From NCBI GenBank assembly GCA_963702405.1, contig CAVPCM010000008.1, forward strand, positions 218,171 through 282,170: a stretch of 64,000 bases of DNA, written 5' to 3'. The number at the start of each line of letters is the position of its first letter. Position 1 is the stretch's first letter. The notes beneath the pieces were generated by a model. That model saw only the letters and a list, made by a program, of their open reading frames with translations. It was not told where the DNA came from and did no database searches. The DNA is from an uncultured Actinomycetota bacterium. Lineage in GTDB: Bacteria; Actinomycetota; UBA4738; HRBIN12. The position numbers were made by a program, and so were the translations under genes. Shown one piece after another: positions 58,566-64,000 of this stretch.

Positions 58566-60123
58566 GTGGACGGGCCCAGGCAGCCACCGAAGGATCCGCC
58601 GAAGAACTGGCCAAAGGATCGGAACGAGGAGGACCCCGGGCTCCCGATCGAGTTCGGGCCGGCGTCGAACGCCGAGTACGACCCGGAGCCCGTCCTGCCT
58701 CCGGTCCTGCGGGAGACGATCCGTCGAGCTCGCGACGACGCCGAACGCAACGCGCGCCGCCTCGGGATGAGCCGCCGGGAGTTCCTCCTCTCGGCCTGCG
58801 GTGCGGCCACCACGTTCCTCGCCCTCAATGCGTGCACCCGCGAGGAGCACCGCGCGAACCCGTCGTCGTCCACGAGCGAGCCCGGCGGCTCCTACGAGAT
58901 CCCGCCGAGCGCCTCGGTGGAGCCGCCGAGCGCGTTCGAGGCGCTCGGGGGCGAGGAGTTCATCTTCGACGTGCAGGGCCATCTCCTCGAGTACCACCTG
59001 AACCCGGTCCTGAACGGCGAGAGCTTCTGGGAGGCGTTCCCGCAGAAGGACTGCGGCGAGGACGACCCTCGCGTCTGCTACTCGATCGAGCACTTCCTCG
59101 AGCTGATGTTCCTCCGCTCGGATACCAACATGCTCGTCCTCTCCTCGCTCCCGATCTTCCCCGAGGGCAGCCCGCTGTCGCCGGAGATCATGGACATCAC
59201 CCGGCAGACCGTGGAAGGGCTCTGCCGGGACGAGCGGATCCTGCTCCACGCGCAGGCGCTCCCCAACGTGGGCGGGCAGCGGGCCGCGCTCGACGCGATG
59301 GAGCACACCGCCAACCGCTATCCGGTGGCCGCGTGGAAGACGTTCACGCACTTCCCGGGAGCGTTCGAGGGCGACGGCAACGTGTGGTGGCTCGACGACC
59401 GGGACGGCGGCAATCTCGGGAGAGCGGTTCATCCGTCAGGCCGTGGCCCTGGGCATCCCGACGATCTGCACCCACAAGGGGCTCTCGCTCGGGCACGCGA
59501 ACGCCTCGCCCGACGACATCGGTCCTGCAGCCAGGCGGCATCCCGACGTGAACTTCGTCGCCTACCACTCGGGCTTCGAGGCGGGGACGACGGAGGGGCC
59601 GTACACACGCGAGACGGCGCACCTCGGCGTGAACCGCTTGATCGCCTCGATGGAGCGGGAGGGCATCGGTTCGAACGAGAACGTCTACGCGGAGATCGGC
59701 TCGACGTGGTGGTACGTGATGCGGTACCCGGATCAGGCCGCGCACGTCCTCGGCAAGCTGCTGAAACACGTGGGGGAGGACAACGTGTTGTGGGGGACGG
59801 ACTGCCTCTTCTACGGGTCACCGCAGCCACTGATCCAAGCGATGCGCACGTTCCAGATCTCAGAGGAGCTCCGCGAGCGGCACGGGTACCCGAAGCTCAC
59901 CAAGGAGATCAGGGCGAAGATCCTGGGGCTGAACGGCGCGGCCCTCTACGGCATCGAGCCCAACACGTCGACCTGCGAGTTCACCCGTCGCGAGCTGGAG
60001 CAGCTCCGTCGGACCCTGCCCGGGAACACGATGGCGCTCGGGCCGAGAACGAGGGCGGGGGTCCGGGCGTTCCGCGACGACGACCGTGAGCTCTGGGCTC
60101 GTTCCGCGGAGCTCCTCGCCTGA
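58566..60123 (+). pseudogene. Amidohydrolase-2 (metal-dependent TIM-barrel hydrolase) family gene with Tat/lipoprotein-like signal, split by one frameshift
   Basis: Frame A: ...RRLGMSRREFLLSACGAATTFLALNAC...FIFDVQGHLLEY...AAWKTFTHF...NVWWLDDRDGG. Frame A+1 continues family-like: ISGERFIRQAVALGIPTICTHKG...GTDCLFYGSPQ. The junction is near 59403-59413 (GGCGGC). Confidence 0.7.
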
Positions 60124-60126
60124 CGA

Positions 60127-60961
60127 TCAGAGGTCCGCAGCGCCGAGTTGGCCGCCCGTCGGGCCGCGTCCGCCCAGGGCGGCCGCGCCGCACCGGGCGG
60201 CCAGCCGCAGCGCCTCGGTCACCTCGAGACCTGCTCCCAAACCGTACGTGAGTCCGGCGTGGAACGAATCGCCGGCTCCGTACGTGTCGATGATCGGCCC
60301 GAGGAGCGGGGCTGGTTCGAAGCGACGTCGCTCGCCGTCCGACGCTGCGAACGATCCACCTTCCGCTCCCTCCGTAAGCACGACGAGGTCTGGCGGGGCG
60401 TGGGCCAGGACCTCGGGGTCGTAGCGCTCGTTGACGTCCAAGGCGCTCCCGACCACTGCGTCGGCTCGAACGCCCGACGCGGCGAGGACGGCCAGATGCC
60501 GGGTCGATACCACCATCACCTTCGCCACGCGGGCTCGACGAAGCGCGTCCGCATCGCCGGCCGTCACATAGACGGCGCCGGCGTCGTCCAGGTGGTCCCA
60601 CGCGAGACCGTCGGAACCGCGCGCCTCCAGCCGGGGTCCCAGCGTGGTGATCGTGCGCTCGCCGTCGCTGTCCACGAGACACAGCGCCTGACGGGTGGGA
60701 TCCGGTCTCTCGTCGCCGTGGACGTGGACCCCGTGAGGCCGAGAGCTCTTCGCGTGCGCGACGACCCACGCCATCCCCGCCGAGCGCCGTGAACAGCTCG
60801 GACGATCCCGCGAGCTTCGCGAGCTGGACGGCGGACACGGCGCCGCCGCCGCCGGCTCCCCACCAGGTCTCTGTCGCATGTGCGATCGCGCCGGCGTTGG
60901 GCACGCGGTCCACGCGCGCGAACGTCATCCATTCCACGTGTCCGACGACCGCGACCTTCAT
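60127..60961 (-). pseudogene. PfkB family carbohydrate kinase gene split by one frameshift
   Basis: N-terminal frame: MKVAVVGHVEWMTF...GAGGGGAVSAVQLAKLAGSSELFTALGGDGVGRRAREEL. It continues in another frame: GVHVHGDERPDPTRQALCLVDSDGERTITTLG...DTYGAGDSFHAGL (PfkB signature 2). The junction is at the C4 run at 60729-60732. Confidence 0.7.
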
Positions 60962-61094
60962 CCCGTGCGTATCGTCCCAGGCTCGGCCCGGCGTACCGAA
61001 GGCGCGAGGCCGGGAATATCCGACCTCGTTGGTAGGATTTGCACCTGCAAGAGGGACCGCAACTCGGCGGCCCCGCGAGCACCCCGAGAGGTCG

Positions 61095-61511
61095 ATGGCA
61101 GAGTTCGACGGCGTCTTCTACAAGGAGATCGTGGACCAAGGACTCCGCGAGTTCCCCAACGAGGCCTGTGGCGTGATCGCCGCGGGCCCGGACGGCGTGC
61201 CCGTGCACGTCTTCACGGCCACGAACATCGACGTCAGCAGCGTGACCTTTCGCATCGATGCCGAGGAACAGCTCCGGATCGAGCGTGAGATCGAGGAGAA
61301 CGGCTGGGAGACGTGGGGCTACTACCACTCGCACACGCACACCGAGGGATACCCGTCGCAGACCGATCGAGATCGCTCGAAGTACGTCGTCGCGTTCTAC
61401 CCTGACGTCAGGTTCCTCATCCTGTCCCTGGAGGATCGCGAAGCGCCCGTGCTCCGTTCGTTCTTCATCCGTGACGGCGAGGTCACCGAAGAGGAGCTGA
61501 CGATCACGTGA
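61095..61511 (+). CDS. JAMM/MPN+ metalloprotease (Mec+/QbsD-like)
   Basis: Catalytic Glu context PNEACGVI and JAMM motif HSHTHTEGYPSQTD (H-x-H-x7-S-x2-D). 138 aa. Confidence 0.85.
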   Translation: MAEFDGVFYKEIVDQGLREFPNEACGVIAAGPDGVPVHVFTATNIDVSSVTFRIDAEEQLRIEREIEENGWETWGYYHSHTHTEGYPSQTDRDRSKYVVAFYPDVRFLILSLEDREAPVLRSFFIRDGEVTEEELTIT

Positions 61512-62335
61512 GCGACGCGCGTCGGTTCACCGAGGATCAGGTCCAGCGGTACGCGCGCCACATCATCCTGCCGAACGTCGGAGGAGCCGGGCAACGCAAA
61601 CTGCTCGACGCGAGCGTGCTCGTGATCGGCGCCGGCGGGCTCGGTTCGCCGATCGCGTTGTACCTGGCCGCCGCCGGCGTCGGGAAGATCGGCATCGTCG
61701 ACTTCGACGCCGTGGACGTCTCCAACCTCCAGCGGCAGATCCTCCACACGAACGCCGACGTCGGTCGCTCCAAGGTGGAGTCGGCGCTCGAGCACCTGCG
61801 TGCGATCAACCCGACGATCGAGGTGGTCGGGCACGACACGCTGTTGTTCTCGACGAACGTGTTCGACGTGATGGAGCCCTACGACGTGATCGTCGACGGG
61901 ACGGACAACTTCCCCGTGCGTTACCTGGTGAACGACGCCACGCAGTTCCTCGGCAAGCCGCTCGTCTACGGTTCGATCTACCAGTTCGAGGGGCAGGCGA
62001 CGGTCTTCATGCCGGGCAAGGAGACGCCGTGCTATCGGTGCCTCTTCCCGACGCCGCCGCCGCCCGGCACCGTGCCGTCGTGCGCGGAGGGCGGGGTCTT
62101 CGGCGTGCTGCCCGGCGTGATCGGGTCGATCCAAGCGACCGAGGCGATCAAGCTGATCACCGGTGAGGGGGAGACCCTCGAAGGGCGGCTCCTCCTCTAC
62201 GACGCGCTCGACATGAGCTTCCAGGAAGTGAAGATCCGCTGGGACGCCGACTGCCCGGTGTGCGGCAAGGAGCCGACCATCACGGAGCTGATCGACTACG
62301 AGCAGTTCTGCGGCGTTCCCGCCCGACCCGACTAA
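61508..62335 (+). CDS. MoeB/ThiF family E1-like adenylyltransferase (no rhodanese domain)
   Basis: GTGA overlap with the JAMM gene. RYARHIILPNVGGAGQRKL, GAGGLGSP, DFDAVDVSNLQRQ, Zn-binding CYRC...CPVCG and active-site Cys context SCAEGGVFG. Confidence 0.9.
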   Translation: MSDARRFTEDQVQRYARHIILPNVGGAGQRKLLDASVLVIGAGGLGSPIALYLAAAGVGKIGIVDFDAVDVSNLQRQILHTNADVGRSKVESALEHLRAINPTIEVVGHDTLLFSTNVFDVMEPYDVIVDGTDNFPVRYLVNDATQFLGKPLVYGSIYQFEGQATVFMPGKETPCYRCLFPTPPPPGTVPSCAEGGVFGVLPGVIGSIQATEAIKLITGEGETLEGRLLLYDALDMSFQEVKIRWDADCPVCGKEPTITELIDYEQFCGVPARPD

Positions 62336-62349
62336 GGAGTCACGACCAG

Positions 62350-62661
62350 ATGTCCGTTCAGGTGAAGCTGCCCACGATCCTCCGCAAGCATGCGGGAGGA
62401 GAGCCCAAGGTGAGCGCCGAGGGCTCCACGCTCCGCGACGTGCTCGACGATCTCGAGACGAGATACCCCGGCATCACGAAGAACGTCCGCTCCGATGACG
62501 GCGGCCTGCACCGGTTCATCAACGTGTACCTGAACGACGAGGACGTGCGCTACCTCGGCTCCCTCGAGACCGAGGTGGGGGAAGGCGACACCGTTTCGAT
62601 CCTGCCCGCGGTCGCCGGGGGTGAGGAAGCCGTACCTCCGGACGTGCCCACGGCGCGGTAG
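62350..62661 (+). CDS. MoaD/ThiS/CysO-type ubiquitin-like sulfur-carrier protein with 12-aa extension after Gly-Gly
   Basis: AAGGAG Shine-Dalgarno lies 10 nt upstream. Beta-grasp-like 91-aa core ends ...GDTVSILPAVAGG, followed by EEAVPPDVPTAR. It lies directly downstream of the E1 and JAMM genes. Confidence 0.8.
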   Translation: MSVQVKLPTILRKHAGGEPKVSAEGSTLRDVLDDLETRYPGITKNVRSDDGGLHRFINVYLNDEDVRYLGSLETEVGEGDTVSILPAVAGGEEAVPPDVPTAR

Positions 62662-63977
62662 AGGCGCCATCTGTCAGGCACTCCCTTCAGTTCATGTTCG
62701 CCACGGTCTTCGAACTCGAGGCCGGAACCGGCGACGAGATCCTTCACCGTGCTCGAGACGAGGACCTCGGAGGCACGTGCGGCGGCGCCGACTCGAGCGC
62801 CGATGCTCACCGCGAGGCCGCCGACCTTCTCATCGATGACCTCCGCCTCGCCCGTGTGCAGACCGGCCCTGATCTCGATACCGAGCGGTTCCATCGCCTC
62901 GACGATCGCCTGCGCGCAGCGCACCGCCCTCGCGGGACCGTCGAACGTCGCGAAGAACCCATCGCCGGCGGTGTCGACCTCGCGGCCTCGATAGCGTCCG
63001 AGGAGCGCGCGGACCACCTCGTGGTGGCGTTCGAGCAGTGCCTTCCACGCCTCGCCCGTCATCGACGTCACTTTCTCGGTCGATCCGACGATGTCGGTGA
63101 ACAGGACCGTCGCGAGGACCCGGTCGATCTCCGCCGCCTCGGCGGAGATCGAGGTGAGGAACCCGTGGATCGCTCCGAACGCCTCGTCGAAGTCGCCGGC
63201 GACGAGAGGGTAGTCCTTCCCCGAGAGCTCGCCGTACCGCGCGCCCGGGATCCGATCGGCGAGGTACCGAGAGCGCTCCGCCCTGTCCGCCTCGGGCCGG
63301 CAGAGCACGAGCGTCGGCGCCTGGATCGCACCGAGGACGCTCCGGACGTCGGTCGCGTACCAGATGTCCTCGAACTCGACGGCGGCCGCGGGGGATGCGG
63401 AGAACCGCTCGGTCTTCGCCCACCTGCGGACGGCCTCCTCGTCCTGGACGAACGAAGGTGCTTCGTCCTCCATCCATCTCCTCGCGTGCTCCATCGTTCC
63501 CCACGTCTGCGCGATCTCTTCGCGTTCGGCCAGATACTCCTCGCGCGGCATCCCGAGTGGGTAATCGGGCGCCCAGGCGTACCGGGCGGCTGATCCGTAG
63601 AGGATCAGTGCCGACACGCGATCCGGGTGCGTGGCGGCGAAGAAGGCTCCCAATGCCCCACCCTCGGAGTGTCCGAGCAGGACCGCCTGGGTCGAACCGA
63701 TCGCGTCAAGGACCGCGCGGAGGTCGTCGGCCCGCATGTCGAGATCGGGGGTCTGCTGCCGGTCGGAGAGCCCGGTCCCGCGCTTGTCGAAGAGGATCAG
63801 GCGGGTGAAGGAGGCCAGCCGGTCGGCGAACACGGCGTTCACCCGATCCTCGAGCTCGACCTCGAAGTTCGCCGTGAACCCGTTGATGTACACGAGATCG
63901 GTCGGACCATCGCCGCGGACCTGGAACGCGATGTGCACGCCGTCGACGGTCTTCGCGTATCGGGTCTCACCATCCAT
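62550..63977 (-). CDS. Alpha/beta-hydrolase - class III adenylate/guanylate cyclase fusion protein
   Basis: N-terminal hydrolase has the nucleophile elbow LLGHSEGG. C-terminal cyclase has VLFTDIVGSTE, EVDTAGDGFFATFDG, IRAGLHTGEAE and GLAVSIGARV. The first in-frame stop is at 62550, giving a low-complexity tail that overlaps the Ubl gene. Confidence 0.85.
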   Translation of the reverse strand: MDGETRYAKTVDGVHIAFQVRGDGPTDLVYINGFTANFEVELEDRVNAVFADRLASFTRLILFDKRGTGLSDRQQTPDLDMRADDLRAVLDAIGSTQAVLLGHSEGGALGAFFAATHPDRVSALILYGSAARYAWAPDYPLGMPREEYLAEREEIAQTWGTMEHARRWMEDEAPSFVQDEEAVRRWAKTERFSASPAAAVEFEDIWYATDVRSVLGAIQAPTLVLCRPEADRAERSRYLADRIPGARYGELSGKDYPLVAGDFDEAFGAIHGFLTSISAEAAEIDRVLATVLFTDIVGSTEKVTSMTGEAWKALLERHHEVVRALLGRYRGREVDTAGDGFFATFDGPARAVRCAQAIVEAMEPLGIEIRAGLHTGEAEVIDEKVGGLAVSIGARVGAAARASEVLVSSTVKDLVAGSGLEFEDRGEHELKGVPDRWRLYRAVGTSGGTASSPPATAGRIETVSPSPTSVSREPR

Positions 63978-64000
63978 CGATCCATAGTGTCCGGCTGGCG

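Noticed and set aside
56781-58770. Continuation of the fabI ORF to 928 aa, which could be read as a giant fusion protein
   Set aside because: The sequence after HAMG is Arg-rich nonsense. It overlaps a convergent gene and selD in other frames. A stop becomes available after a single-base correction in a C run.

Overview
The window is very GC-rich (about 70% by eye) and gene-dense. It looks like core chromosome of an Actinomycetota-type bacterium.

Gene order follows conserved actinobacterial blocks:
- Envelope genes, an L,D-transpeptidase, then manB, Trm112, a SIS sugar isomerase, PNP and ahcY.
- comF, a structured leader, hpf, a response regulator, then secA.
- prfB (with the classic +1 frameshift site), ftsE, ftsX, smpB and tmRNA.
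- Two divergent metabolic operons: one with a GcvT-like gene, an alkaline-phosphatase-family gene and two-subunit aconitase X; the other with two CrtI-like FAD oxidoreductases, a ureohydrolase, DUF2277, a PLP decarboxylase, Fpg and an MFS transporter.
- Efflux transporters, lon, an M23 peptidase, a beta-propeller lipoprotein with an ABC-2 transporter, and small housekeeping genes (methyltransferase, DUF885, SDR, InhA-type fabI, selD).
- A JAMM / E1-like (MoeB/ThiF) / ubiquitin-like (MoaD/ThiS) triad, next to a hydrolase-adenylate cyclase fusion.

I found no rRNA, tRNA, CRISPR array, transposase, integrase or recognisable defence system.

Most notable observations:
1. A roughly 300-bp structured non-coding region lies between comF and hpf, the position of the raiA-motif ncRNA class.
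2. Two paralogous small membrane-anchored proteins share a C-terminal G-[EK]-h-C-x-Q-C tail.
3. In the JAMM/E1/Ubl triad, the Ubl carries a 12-residue extension after its Gly-Gly.
4. selD has no selenium-utilisation partner genes in view.
5. Five reading-frame disruptions affect four genes, all at or beside short G or C runs. This more likely reflects assembly indel errors than real pseudogenes.

I see no convincing evidence for a wholly new multi-gene system. The candidates above are flagged with modest scores.
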